Assembly: GCA_000934665.2 (NCBI GenBank)
Contig: KZ538744.1
Span: 1-49,982 of the forward strand
Length of the DNA: 49,982 nt
Origin: Catajapyx aquilonaris
Taxonomy: Eukaryota
Direction of reading: 5' to 3'
Position numbers and translations under genes: made by a program. Below the pieces are notes generated by a model that saw nothing but the letters and a program-made list of their open reading frames with translations, did no database searches and was not told the origin of the DNA. Positions 10,747-42,120 of this stretch are shown one piece after another; positions within the stretch are counted from its first letter, which is position 1, and every line of letters starts with the position of its first letter.

Positions 10747-12150
10747 ATGGGAGGTGACGACAACTCGGAGTGGGTGTTCGATTCCCTAGTGGGATTTCTT
10801 CGTGGTCCGGTCTGGCACGTTCCAATACTCACATTTATCGAAGAAAAGTCTCTCAGTAAGTTCAATCCAACAGTGACGGTCATTTGAAGATAAGTTTTTT
10901 TCACACTGTGACTCGTGTTCTCAGTTTTTGAACCTGAAGGCGGTCCGGAAGAGGAGTATGCCAAGGTCCACGAGCAGTACCGCAACCTGGTAAGTGCAAC
11001 ATGTGTTTTGCCAGGGGTATGCTCGGACTAAGTGTAAGAAAGTCTTAATAATCGAAAATTTCGTACCAAGGACATACGCATTTTACTACACCAATTGAAC
11101 CTTTCGGTTGTAGGTTGACTACATGCTGGGTAGCTTCATGGAGGACCTGGGTATCACTCCCGAGCAGTTCGAGGAAGCATGTGAGAAGGCGTCTCAGCCA
11201 GTTACGGCCAAAGTGCACCAGGTATGGCCTAGTTTTGATGACATGTCCTAGTTTGTAACAGTGTTTTATAGAGTCTGTTCGAGCAAGTCTGGGCAGCCGA
11301 CGATCAAGAGATCTTCCGAAGGATGATGGCCCAAAAGAACATTGAGCTGCAGCTGCAGGCTCTGGACATTTTGCAACAGCGGTACGGGATCACTCCACAG
11401 GCTTTTCTGCCCGGTGACGACCCTCTTCCAGATGACGAGGCCCGGATCATGGAGGAAGTGATCAGGTCTGTGCTTCCCTTCCAGCTCGATTCTTTTTACT
11501 GACCACATTTGTCACTTAGGCGCTCGTTAGAAGAGCAGAGCCGCCCCGATGAAGAGCTAGAAAAGGCCATGGCCGAATCTTCCGAGACTGAGCGCCACCG
11601 CCTGGAATCCGTCCACAAAAGTGAGAAGGTCCGCATGGAGGAGGCTGTTCGTATGTCGCTGAAAACGGCTGACCCCGAAAAGTAAGCGCAAATGACCCCA
11701 GCTTTGGCGGCCACTTTTTAACTCGATTGTTGCAGGGCGGAGGAAGAGACGGAAGGAGAGCCGGAGGAAGTGGTCGAGGAAGAGGCCAAGGAGGAGGAGG
11801 AGGAAGCTGTGGTGCTGCCCGAGGCAGAGTCCAGCAACAGCGCTACCGATGACATCCGAGCGGAGACGAAGCCCAAGGGCGACATAGACCCCGAGGAGTT
11901 ACGACGTCGTCAGGAGTACTTGCGAGGTCAGCGAGATAAGCTGCTGGCACTGAAACGGGCCGCCCGTGCCGCGGCTCTAGAGGAGGCCAATCCCAGGGGC
12001 GGAAGCAGCAGTCGGCCCAAGTCAGCCCGAGCTGCCAAGTCCGCCCTGGACCAGTCCCAGGAGCCGCATGCCGGGCTGGACCCCAAGACTCTGCAGGCAC
12101 GTCGGGCCCTGGCTGAAAGGCTCAAGGCAGAAGTCGTGGGAAACCTGTAA
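10747..12150 (+). CDS. CFAP36: Cilia- and flagella-associated protein 36 (CCDC104/BARTL1), 350 aa
   Basis: Exons 10747-10855, 10925-10989, 11114-11221, 11272-11465, 11520-11681, 11736-12150 (1053 nt, all GT-AG, in phase). BART-like N-terminus EWVFDSLVGFLRGPVWHVPILTFIEEK...FRRMMAQKNIELQLQAL; C-terminal ELRRRQEYLRGQRDKLLALK and RRALAERLKAEVV are typical of CFAP36. AATAAA at about 12281. Confidence 0.93.
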
Positions 12151-15100
12151 ACTCCTCAAACTCTGGCACACCGCACAGCCTTCCTCGATTGACCCAAGAT
12201 AAATTTTGAAAGTATCATACAGTTTGGATGGCGATATGGCACTATTTTTTTTGGCTTATGCAATTGGATTGACTTGACGAAATAAATCAGATTAGAATGG
12301 CCAACTCGGAATTAATTTCCGGCACGTGACAGTCGACAGACATGTAAGCGCCGGTTTCCCATAGAATAATCGAGCTGCACTTGTAGACCTTTCCTTCCGT
12401 CCTTTCGTCTACTGGGAAGCCACGCAAACTGCCTCCAAATCAATATCCAATCCCCCCCCCAGCTCCTGGTCCCCCTGCCCTCCCCAAATTTATGGATTCA
12501 GCACCGTAAGCTTTGCCTTCTTCCCAATCCCTATCCCAGAGTTTGTTCGCTGCACGACCATCGTGAATTAGCAAATACTTAATAGAGTTCCAATGTGAAA
12601 ACTTTATCAATGCAATTATGAGCAACTGCTACAGAAAAAGATTCGACAATATTTTACAATTGGGAGGAATAAAATAAAAACGCAATTGTTAAATACACTA
12701 TGTAACATGGTGAACGCTGAATACTGAATTAAGCACACTTTTGCGACTGCCGAACATAGGAGGAAACGTGGTCAATAAGATCTGTTCTACAAACAGTACT
12801 GGCACTTAATGCTTTCATCATTGATCCAATACAATCTTCCATGACAGGACAAAAGCTACCTGAAATCCATGGCACTGCAGCACCCAGACACAAGTCAGCA
12901 GTGTCTACACTTGACAGTGGGGTCAATATTTCATCACTCAAAATATACTTGGGGGATACGTGCCCACTTTATTCACACTTCCCATCTGAGGCCCAACAAT
13001 GTTGTGAACTGATACTTTTTATTTTATTTTGGAATATATCTGGTACAATGTACATAGAGTTAAAAGTATCTCCTCTCCAAAGAATCTACAAAACATGGAC
13101 CATTTTGTATGAGGAGGATTTCCTTCCTGCCTGTAACTGTGTGAATGTGAAGGGTAGGTAAAGTATGGGAGGACAGGTAGTACTTTTTGTAATTTTTGTG
13201 TTTTTAAAATCACGAGCAGCACAACAAAATGGTCAAAGAACTTTAGCTGGCATCTCCCTGTAGTCCTTGTCGCTGCAAGGGCACGACACAAGCGGCTACA
13301 ACTCGTCGGAAATTCCCGACTGGTGAAAAAGTCAAGCCTGAAAACAGCAGTCCAATTTTGCTCTAGTAGCACCGACCAAAAAAAAATTGGCGGTTAGGTC
13401 ACTGGAGCAAAACTTGAGCCCGGGCTGCTACTTTCCCCTTGTCCTTTAGCAACCCTCTCTTTTTTGTGATTTATTATTTTTTCCAAAAAGGCCTCTCACC
13501 TACTGCGCAACTACCAGGAAGATAAACGGAAAATGCAATTCAACAACTACTCCTTTCTGGAAGCAGGCTCAAAAAATCATTGTCCTCAACAGTTACGCCA
13601 CAAATGGCGTAAGGCCATTTTCAAATGAAATCCCCTGTACTAGTTTTCTAACCCCCCCACCCCACCAAACTCATGACATGCAAATGAACGGGGAAAACAA
13701 GTTGGGCAATTCTATCTCAAATTTGTCTGCATTTTAAGTAGATATACCTCACCCAACTCGTTCCCAATGAGCCACAGTGCATGCATGTGAAGACAGCCAA
13801 AGTACACAAAAAACAGGAAGTTATTTCTTATTTGCATTTTGCATGACACACACCCGCACACAAAAATTTTCGTACATACTTCAGTTCACTTGGTTTCCAA
13901 GTTTGCAAAAATACTAGCACATTTTTCCCCCATTTTAAGTCTCCAAATAGATGTATGTGTGGGTGTGTGTTGAGTTATTTTTGTGTTTTCACATTTTTTT
14001 AAATATAATAAGGAACATGAAAGGTTTAGGTCAGGTCTTGGGGCTTGTGAGTGCATATAAAATGACATCCAGTGGTCCAAAACCAGTGTTAAAAATATAC
14101 CGGTTCCTATTATGAGGTGGATGTGTGTGTTTTTAAATATTTTCTTCCCTTTAAGATGCGTGTAGAACACAAATGGGAATCTAACATGTGACAACATACA
14201 CTTTTTTTGCATGGGTAATGGGGTAGGGGCACATTCACTCAGTGATTGTAAACACTGTCATAAGGGGTAAGGAATAGTAGTAGTAATAATTATGTACGTA
14301 AGGTGTATGTGGGGGAAGGGAACACTTTCGCCACATGTAAAAGTTCACATAGCAACTGTCGGGTCTCAATAGTCTTTCCATCAGAAAAACAAAACTGCAC
14401 ACACTCGCTCACAACGCAGACACACGCAACTATCATTAAACTGCATGGCTATTCAACCGTACTTCCTTGTATTTTTTTCCTCATCGATCATGCTAAATCA
14501 TGGCTTTAGGTCCATCACCATCACCAACATTCACTACCAATTGTTTCTATGTCACTATCCACACTTCTCACTCTTTTTTATATATGTATATTTTATGTAT
14601 ATATAAAAAAAACATTGCAAAGAAAAAGTTCATGAGTCTCATTATTTTAACATCTACAAGACACCACACCGGTTGAACTTTTCATTCGGGGTCTTCTCGT
14701 ATCATCATTTTAAAAAATTCTCTTCACTTGAAAAAGAGTCCAATCCACCTCTCACACAAACCCCCACAAATTAAAATGTATTTCATTCGCAGGTACAATG
14801 CAAAAAGAGAATAGGAGAAACCCTCTTCTTTGAGTTTGTCTTTGTGTTAAGTGCAGATTTCTTATATATAACCTCATCAAGAGTTCTGTCATCAGTTGTT
14901 TTTAAAATTTATTATACACATTTCAATTGTGAACCTCGTTGTCCCCATGTCCCTTTTGTTCAAATTTGTTTTCTTCTCTCTCCCCCTTTCTTTCTCTCCC
15001 ATCAGTTCTACCCATCCTGGTAGATCACACAGTACCGTACATCTCTTATCACTGATGCAGTAATACCTCAAGGCGGTTGCACCAATACTCTTAATTCCAG

Positions 15101-17770
15101 GCTTGCTATCCATTTTACCAGAAAAGTGTTGTACTAACATCTCTTTAGGGTAACACAATTATTCTAATTAAGCTTAATCTGCCAACTCACTGCTGCAGGG
15201 ACACTCAACCTGACTTACAAATTGGGTCCTAAAAATGAATCAAGATTTGCTGATGCCTATGGTTATTCAAATTGATAACTACCAGGTGCATGATATAAGT
15301 TGGCTCCAAATGATCGTCTAATTTTCACATTCACTTCTGGAATCAGTGGAACAGGTGACCTGTGGCACTCCAAAAACTAGATTGTCCTTTCTTCAGTGAA
15401 TTTTTACGTGTCTTCATGTTGTCTTGATATTGTCCCTTGCGCTAGAAAGGGTAGTGTCGAAAGTTTTCTTTTTACCAGCCTTATGATGTCTGAATGCTTC
15501 CTACTGCTCATGCATGCAGTTGACCTGACATCTCAAAATAATAAAAGCAAAGAAAATAAATAATAATAAACCCCTTTTCCACAAACAAGTTTCTTGAACA
15601 CTGGAAACATAAGGCAGGCAGGTAAGGCTAGCCTGATCGAGCTAAGCAGATCCAGGTGGACCAGCTGGTAGAAAGAATAACATAATTTTGAGTCACTACA
15701 TCTACCTAGTACTCTCTCTTTGAAGTTCTGCTACCAGAACTTTTCTATTGTCCTAATGTCCCATGCTCAACTGGGCTACTTATTATCAGTCCTTGACTCA
15801 TATTTCTGAATTTTGAAGCAAACACCAATTTGTCAAGTACCACAAATCAAGCCTGTTGGTTCCCTTTCCTGTAACACTGGCACTAATAAAATTCATCAAC
15901 TTGTAGACTTGTGGTAAGCACCATTACAAATCTTGCTCCTGGTCAATATTTATGCAATGGTAGCCTTATTCCTGATCATACTCTCTCTGTAACAGCCACA
16001 AAATACCACCTGCACTAAGCAAGGCCTGACAAAGATTAAAGTATAAGAATGATTTTAAGAATGAGAAAAAAAGTTGGAAATGATCATATTGAAGGAGATG
16101 GGCATGGAGAGAAGGAATACACTGCTTCTTCCCCCTAATTGGCTACACTGCTGTTAAGCATGACTGTCACAAACTGAAGCTGGTCTGGGCGCCGCCATGT
16201 TGGGAAACCACTCACTTTGGGTGAGCCGATTGCGATCTCGCTTTCCTTGTCACAGGGAGTAAGTTCCGGCAGGGTTCCAACTGCACTCCAGTTTTATGCC
16301 AGTCAGCTAACCTGATGGTACCTTTAGACACAACACTTTCAGTACAACACTTTTAACTTAATTTAAGAATTCAATACAAGCCTGATATTTAAGCTTTGTC
16401 AATAACAGCCTCAACAGCTGCCAAGTTAAAATTACAGGAGAAAGACAGTCATTGAAATTACATGCTAAGATTACACAAGATTTCACAGGACTTTTCTGAT
16501 CTCAATGGGAAGACCTCCATAAAGGAGGTTTGCTGGAAAATCTAGAGCAATGAAGATGAATTTTTAATTCCGAAACAGTTTTGTATTCCTCAACACATTG
16601 GGAGGTATTACTACATCAATGATGTTTTATGCACTTACTTTATATTTAAAACAAACACGAGCAACATGTCCTTACTGAGGGTGTCATTAAATAATATGTG
16701 CATATTCAATAAATATATCTCACCATTCTAATAGCAAAAAATGTGAACTAATTGGATAATTACACCAAGTGGGCCAGTGAATTCTTCTAACCTGCTAACA
16801 CGTAGCAACATTTACAAATTATCGGAATTCAACAATGTGAATACCTACAGTTTATAAGACAGATTTATGGGTGGTGCTATCAAGCATTACTCTGTACAAT
16901 TATTGAGAATTCCAACCATGAACATTTTGAAGTTATACTGAGCTAACTTGTCTTCACTTTAAAAAAGTTTTACCTCAGGTTAGAGGAATTCAGTGACTGG
17001 CTATCCTCTACTGACCCAATTCAACATTGTGAATAGTTTCATTCATATTCAACTGTTAACTGTTTCCTGAATGGGAAATATTGTACCTTAGTGCACAAAA
17101 TGCCAACTTCAGTGTCGAGTGTCAATGCATAGCATAACGTCCCAAAATTTGATCCAAGTCCACATTTTTTTCTTTAAATTCTGTTGACTACTCCTCTATC
17201 CCTCTAGTTTACTACATTCCTGTTCCCCAAAGCCCTCAGTAAGGACTAGGCCACAACATAAAAATATGGAAACTCATAACATAATTGCAAATAAAAATAC
17301 TAGCGCAGGTCCAGGATGGTTATTCACTTTCACCTATGTCACTTTCATGACCTTACATTTTTAATTTCTCATTTAATAGAGGGTCAGTTGGGGTTTTAAA
17401 AAACATGACATTGCCTCGACACATTTTCTGTCACTGCTCAGGCTCATCCTCTCTAAAAACTTACAGTGGGTGTTTTGTTTTCAAAATGTGGCAGTGTGTC
17501 TTTTGTGGGACCATCCACCAGGTAATAGGCAAGTAGTGACCGCAGATATGGGAGGGAGAAAGGGCGAAAGAGTGCAAAAAAGTCGGGATTAAGGTCGAGT
17601 ATAAAAAATATATTAAGATAGGAAAAGAGATCATATGAGGTCCTACAAAGAAGACCTTTGATAATTAAAAAAATAAAATGCCAGAAGAAAGTAGAGCTGA
17701 GAGAACAAAAAGAAACCTTTTTGGGAGTGGGAGTTGGACAATGAAAACCTAACTTAAAGAGAGGGATCCA

Positions 17771-35356
<17,586 letters not shown>

Positions 35357-36009
35357 GGCTGTTGCTTCTCCAATCCCACTGCCACTTTCACTCCCACCTC
35401 CCTCTCCTTCTCCTCCTCCTCTTGCTATTCCTTCCTCTTCCTCCACCTCCTCCTCCTGCGTCCGCTGCCCCTTCCACCCCACCTGGCCCTGTCGAGGGCC
35501 ACTTTCGTCACTGCCTCCCTCCGCCTGGGGCTGCCTGTCAACGCCTCTCCCAGATGACTGGTCAGGCGCAGGTCCAACGCGATCGCTTTCCTGGTCTCTA
35601 CTACATCCCCGCTGTAACACATCTGGCAAGAAAATATGAAGTTGTGTTACTCACTGTGCACTATAAGGTAAAGTCACCACACACGCATGTTGGTTCACAT
35701 TGAATATAGAAACGTCAAGCTGTCTCACTTTTTTGCATGACCTGTCTTATCAGAGCTCTGGGTGAGATAAGGTTGTCTTGGATATAGTGATAGACTAATC
35801 ACGTGAATGTAGGATTGATCTGAACAGCAATATAAATAACATGCATTTTAACAAGAAATATTCAGCGTTGTTGCTAATGATATAATCAATGAAAATGTAT
35901 ACCTGTACAAAAAACCCGAAATAAACGTTGTCTACCACAAACAGAAAAAAAAGAGAAACAATTATGCCCCTCCTTAGATTTGGTATATATACACACATAT
36001 TTCTTATAT

Positions 36010-36335
36010 TTGCTACCCCGTGCTAGGGCCATTGGCTCTCTTAGGGGGGTGGGACACCACCATATTTTCTGTATTATTTTTCCAGTTTTCTTTGAACTCT
36101 GGTGCAGGGACATTAGGTAAGGATTTGAATTTTTGTGGAGTGGACATGGGTTCAAGTGCATTGTCTCAAATTGGACTATGTGCAGTGCCCCCAGGAAGTT
36201 AGGTTGCCAGACACCTCCAAGGTGCAGGTCAGATACCCTCCTGTCGCAGGCAAAAGGGATATCCCAGACAGGGATCACACGTGGTACCTTTCACTCAGCA
36301 AGCCGAGATGTTACATCTCGGCCACCGCACCCCCC
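36010..36335 (-). mobile_element. Diverged copy of the 1683-2008 SINE family
   Basis: Reverse complement matches GGTGGCCGAG..TAAC..GGCTTGCTGAG...CAGGAGGGT.TCTGACCTG..CCTTGGAGG...AACCTAAC. Confidence 0.65.
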
Positions 36336-38633
36336 CAGATTTGGTGTATTATACCTTCATGTACTAACTTCTGGCCGAATCAATTGGGAGAGAAATTAAA
36401 CATAGCAACAAATTAGATTTTAATTTCTGGAATCAAAACAAAAGTGGATAGGTTGCCATGATTACTTTGGATCACATGCAGAAACAACTGGAAACACAGA
36501 ATGTCAGGGTTTAACTTTGATTACTGTAGGAATAGGCCAGTTTACAAATGTCTCATTCAGGAACACGGAAGAGGCTTCAACTATCCTACACCAAGGACAA
36601 CATGGGATAAGAAAAGTTCGACTTGGAAAGCGGGGTAGTTTAGCATGGAATAAGGAGGAAAAATCGTAACATAACTCAATATGCCAAACAGCGCCTCTGC
36701 AGCCAATCAATGTCACTAATACATCTACCCCAAGCTATAGTCCCCGGCGGGTTAACTTGGCAGTCCCCCCACCCAACACTCCCAGCCAATGGCGTGCTTG
36801 GATTGGGATGGGGGGGAATGGAGGAGTCGAGGTGGAGGGGGGATGAGTGACATTCACCGGAACATCCGCAGGATCAGTCGCCGGATACTTCGCCGGAAGC
36901 TAGGCCGGATACTTGAAACCGTGTGTACAAATTGTCATTAAAGGTTTGCTTTAAGATGTGCGTCGCAACAATTCACATCATCAATATTTCCAAGTTTAAT
37001 TGTCATCACAGTAGTCCTTAAGAGGTCAGCGTGGCGGAGGGATGTGACGTAGAAGGCAGCGGGAGGTAGGGCAACGAGGTTGGGGCTAGGGGGTAGAGGA
37101 GGTAAGCAGCGCCGGGGAGAGGCGGGGGGGCAAGAGTTGCCAGAAACCCCCACCCTGACACGTTAGGAGGAAATCTACTATATATTTTATCACCAAACAA
37201 TGAGGCAGTTTTATCATTTCCTGGTATCATTATTTTCTGCTTTAGCCTCAGCACTGCCCTTTCAATGATTCTTTGGAATGTTCTTTTTGGCATTTGAGGT
37301 GCTACCACATTGTGCCCAGGAATAGCAGAAAATAACTTCAAACCTGTGTCTGAATGAGACTTTTGATGGACATTCTTATTTTGCCTGCATCCAGGGAATG
37401 GACACATTTCTGAATATGACCCACCAATTATGACCATCCATCATAAGTCCTAATGAGAGAACTGTACGTAAGGTGTAGAGCTCAAGATTACATATTAGTG
37501 CCACACATCTCATGACTGCAGACACAAATAGCTCTCTGCCCCTGTTCAACACATGACCCATTCACTTAAAATGGCCCCAAATTACATTTTCATCTGTCCT
37601 TGTATTGATTATTCTAAATGACAGACAGCCTTAGTTGCTTTGGCTAATTCCCTCTCAAACAAATTCCCTTTTCACCACCCTTTTTCACCATTCATATTAA
37701 ACTTGTAGCCCTAACTACATACAACCAAGCTATTACATTTCCCTAGCCAACACGAGCAGCAATATTCAGCTGCAAAATGCAGCTCTAATAAATTGGCCCT
37801 GATACAAATGGGTAAGATGCAGACTGCTACTGTGCCTGGGCAATCTCAGTAACAGCAATTTATCAATTTTCACGACAGATAGAGTAAATGATTTTTTTTT
37901 TTTTGGACAGTGTTTCAATTATGAGAGCAAGCAATAATTTGGAGGAAAAAAAAAAATCCCAAAATTGTCTGCCTGTGTCAAAACTAATGTGGCCCAGACT
38001 GACTGAAACAGAATGAAGTAATAATCCAGTGTTTTGTCTGACCCCTGAAGATGGTCTGCACCATACAAGGTAAAAACCACCCATATCAATCACATACAAG
38101 TGCTTTTTTTTAAATCGCTAAATTTTGTCGTCTACGATGCTTAAAAAAAAAAAAAAACGGGAGCACATCACTTATTAATGTACTTGTGAGAATTTTGAAA
38201 GGAAGAAAGAAAGAAAGAAAATCACCCCACTTTATACCAACCGGCCGACTCCTCAAGTGTACTGGCCCCACGGTCAACTGCATTTTACAATGGCATGCCA
38301 CGGAAGTAGCAGTAATACTGCGTATAGTAATTCTCCAAAAGGACCAAAAACTCCACAATGCACAAGTTTATGCTGCACCCAGGGTATGTTACAGACAAGT
38401 GTCACTGTAGGTGACAAACCTATTGCTGACTAAATTATTCACATAACTACGCACATACAACTTAAAGATTCAGTCAATTAAATGCTCAAATCCTGAACCA
38501 CTGAACAAGTGACCTTTCTGCTCGTGTAATCAAACAAAACTCACAATCCACAGTAGACAACTTGTCATGCCCATGAGATGACTGATTTTACTTCGCTCTT
38601 TAACAGGTAGGCTACATCACATTGAAGGTTAAC

Positions 38634-38945
38634 GGGCAGGAGGAGTGGCGCTGCGGAGACATATGCACCCACAGACGGACCGGTCCCAGGTTTGATCCCA
38701 AGCCCAGGCTTTCCCCACTTTCATCTCGTCCAGTTTTGGGTCATCTCTGGGGGGATTCCTTAAGACTAACCACCCAGCGGAACTCACAAAATGGCCAAGC
38801 AACAACATTGCACTGGCACCTTCTCTCCCCCACCCCTGCCGGCGGACCTGGGTGCTATGTTCAAAAAGGTCCAAAATGTACTGTATACCCAAGGACAAGT
38901 AAAGTTCCGTGCTACATATCTTGCAATGAGGTCAGCACTACCCAG

Positions 38946-39010
<65 letters not shown>
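38634..39010 (+). mobile_element. tRNA-derived SINE with (TAT)n tail
   Basis: Head similar to 46364 (GAGTGGCGCTGCGG...GGTCCCAGGTTTGATCCC); ends in about 22 TAT units at 38945-39010. Confidence 0.7.
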
Positions 39011-39012
<2 letters not shown>

Positions 39013-40061
39013 TTATGGCTGACTGGAACTGCTGGTCAACCTCATGTACTAACAAGAGTAAGCAGTAGGTGCATAGCCATTGCATAACTTCTCAACAACA
39101 TGCAGTATATCGAACTAATGCAACAAAATACCACCCACGTGTTGTACCAGAGCACCACACCTCATCATGAGTGTTTGTGGTTTATTTACAGCACCACAGT
39201 ACTTTGCATTGCCTTGCTCTTACCTCTGCTCTTCATGGTACACGAAAGTACCACAAAAAGTTTCTGCTTCAAAGCAGCTCCATAATAACATACTTAAAAA
39301 GTCATGGCTATGTCTGCTTCTGCACATGCACACTGGCACCAAGCTGAATGGTAAATTCATGGCTCCCCCAACAGGCTAAAGTAAGGGATACCTTACAGGG
39401 CAAGGTGCTACACCACCTCAACTTTCACCTGCCTGACAGCCACCTGTGATTTATAACTCGCTGGGCAGCCAGGTCAGAGGGAACAATTGGCCTTGTTCTA
39501 AACTGACCAATGTAGTATGCAACTGCAGTGTCACCCACACTTGCCACGAACAACCAAATGCCCCACGGAAAGCACTTGCGCACAAGACATGCCACTGCTC
39601 AGCACGACGTGATCGTTGGACCGGGCAGGGTACCCTTCCCTTAACCAACACAAACTGCCGAGCACTTTTGCACCACCCTTTCTGGCTCGCTTCAAACGGA
39701 TCCACGTCTGTCCCCTTAACCCAACATGCCCTCAGTTTCTCTTTCTCCCTGCCTGAATTCCTTCCCACCCCTGGCTCCAAACCACACGTCGGCGTCCAGC
39801 ACCCGCACACAGGCCGTCCCACAGGCACAGCAACTCTCACGCAGGTTCCCAGCAGAAACAACAAACACAAGCCACACACCAATCATTGATGAAACACCGC
39901 GGCATCACTACAAGTAGCGGCCGACGCAGGGAACAGATCGACGGCGCCTTCCCAGCACTCTCCTTCACTCCCATTCCTCTCGCCCTTGCCGCGCACCATT
40001 AGCGCAATCTCACCCACACAGCCAAACACGTTTCAACTTGTTCTACTAACTAGTTGACTAC

Positions 40062-40460
40062 CTATAAGATCCAGTGTTCCGGACCTCAAAAAGCATCAAC
40101 TCGGCTCGCCATCTTGGATTCATAACAATACCGCTACGGGGTCCGCTGGGCGAATCCCACGGACTGCCTCCCTCTCCCTGCTTCCCCTTCCACCCTCCAC
40201 CCTCCCCTTCACGTCCCAGTCCACCCGCTATCCCCCGCCGCAACTTTCCAACTAGGAGGAGGAGGCGGTGGCTCTTGGAGGACTCATTTCTACTCCCTTC
40301 AACATGTTCTAAATTTCACCAAAATTACGGGAGCTGCTGCAAAGAAGGTGCTGATTAAACGGTTAAATTATTTCAGGTATTGATTTTATGCGACGATGTT
40401 GCACTAGCGGGGAAGGTGAGAGAAGTGTGTGACGTCACATGTGTGGTGACATCACGCTTG
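40062..40460 (-). promoter_or_regulatory. Proximal SMEK promoter / non-coding first exon (CpG-rich)
   Basis: CpG-rich island at about 39900-40460; GTGACGTCAC at about 40429-40438; YY1-like CAAGATGGCG on the - strand at about 40107-40116; donor TATAG|gtagt at about 40061; short uORFs. Confidence 0.55.
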
Positions 40461-40936
40461 CAGATTTGAAATTGTCGCAACTACAATATATATGGGACGT
40501 ATTTGTTTTTCAGCTTTCTAAAATAATTCTTATTCAAATATATGCATGAGTTAATACGAACTTCTAAAGATTTTACTCCAGAGCAGCTGATATAATTAAT
40601 GTTATATCGGCCCCCTGTCGGTTAATACTGTAAATTTGAAGTAGGTGGCGTTTTTTGGCGCCTGTTTTGTAATGTTCTGCCCAGTTCCTGCCTCTGAATG
40701 GCTCTGAATCATGGTCTAATACCAAGTGGGTAACAACTCCCCAAAAAAGTGTACACCAGATCCTGGAACCGGGTGGTTCCAGGCCGGTTCCAGACCTGTT
40801 CCAAGCTGGTTTCAGAGAGACCCTGTACACCTGTTCCATGAAGTTGTTACCCCCTTGTCCACGCCCTTGTCTAATACTCGCTCTGAATATTGAACAAGAG
40901 CTATACAAGAGCTTTAATTGCATTGTGTCACCGGCT

Positions 40937-41238
40937 TTTTTTTGAGGTGCAAGGGAGGTGCCATACACGCCGGCGTGGCCAGGGCGTCTGGAGTAGTGGC
41001 TGGTGGCGAGGGGGGAGGGGGGGGGGGCTTGTTTTTGACGAAATACAGTATTGCATAGTGTAATATTTAAATTTAATATTGAGTGTCTGTTTCTGAGGTG
41101 GGCAGGAGTGGGGGGTGGGACGAGTTGTTTTTAGGTTTATTCTCATGAGTTTTATTAGTTCATATGTTGGGTTAGCTTGCGTCTCCCTTCATCGCTGACT
41201 ACCCCTCATAGGGAAATGTCGTGTTGTTGTTGTTGTTG
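40937..41238 (+). mobile_element. Retroposon 3' fragment with (TTG)n tail
   Basis: 14-bp TSD TTGTGTCACCGGCT at 40923-40936 and 41239-41252. Confidence 0.7.
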
Positions 41239-41277
41239 TTGTGTCACCGGCTCATTTTTTCACATAGTCTTTATTAA

Positions 41278-41559
41278 CCCTGGAACCATGATGTGGTGTC
41301 ATTTAGGACCCCCAAGGAATTAAAATGCATTAAAATGATAATTACAATTAACTTTTGCCATTTAAAAAAGTATATAACAGGAAGTGCATGTTTATTTTGA
41401 ATTAGCGATCATTTTAGGCATTGTTCAAAGAATGACTGCATACAGTCAATACATTGAAAAGTATTATATAAAAATTTTTAAAAATTAAAATATGGATGGC
41501 GTCCTAACAGACCCCACATCGCAGTTGCCGTAACTTTCAGGCACATCATGGTTCCAGGG
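41278..41559. mobile_element. piggyBac-like MITE (family of 7800-8083)
   Basis: TTAA|CCCTGGAACCATGATGTG...CACATCATGGTTCCAGGG|TTAA. Confidence 0.85.
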
Positions 41560-41779
41560 TTAAACATATGAAATGAGCTGTAACCTACCAGGGACTGAGT
41601 AGCCGCGCAAATGACATCAAACCAGTGGATTTAGGAGAACATGTTGGAAAAATTACTGGCAAGAGATTACTACATTCATATAACAAGTCCGCACTTTTTG
41701 CTTTGTAATGCCTTGAAGGATAATAATGTTTTTAGGCCATGCGCAGTCAACAATGTCCTCGAAATGGCGTTGGCGAAGG

Positions 41780-42120
41780 GATTATTTCATGGATCTGGGT
41801 TTGGGTGCTTCCACACCCGCTGTACTCCCCTGGCCTGGCCCTCAGTGACTTTCACCTGTTCGGATCCATGAAAAAATCTATTCGCCGACACCATTTTGAG
41901 GATATTGTTGAATGCGCGCAGTCGTCCGGGATTGGGTGCGCCACACCACCAAATAGTGGTTTTTGGAGAGCCTGGAGAGGGTGCCATACCCATACCCATG
42001 ATGCCAGTGCATTTGGCTCCAAGAGGATTCTATCGATAATGTGTGCCTATCTGCCGACCTGCATGGGCCCTGTATTTGTGGCAAAAAAATAAATTGTAAA
42101 TCATTTTAGTATGACTCTCG
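41780..42120 (+). pseudogene. Degraded mariner transposase 3' fragment
   Basis: VLPHPLYSPGLALSDFHLFGSMKKSIRRHHF motif; TIR-like end TGACTCTCG|TA; enclosed by about 130-bp inverted arms at 41612-41742 and 42189-42320. Confidence 0.8.

Noticed and set aside
38622..39087. ORFs with poly-Ile/poly-Leu (also 46655-46881 poly-Ile/poly-Tyr)
   Set aside because: Translations of (TAT)n SINE tails, not proteins.
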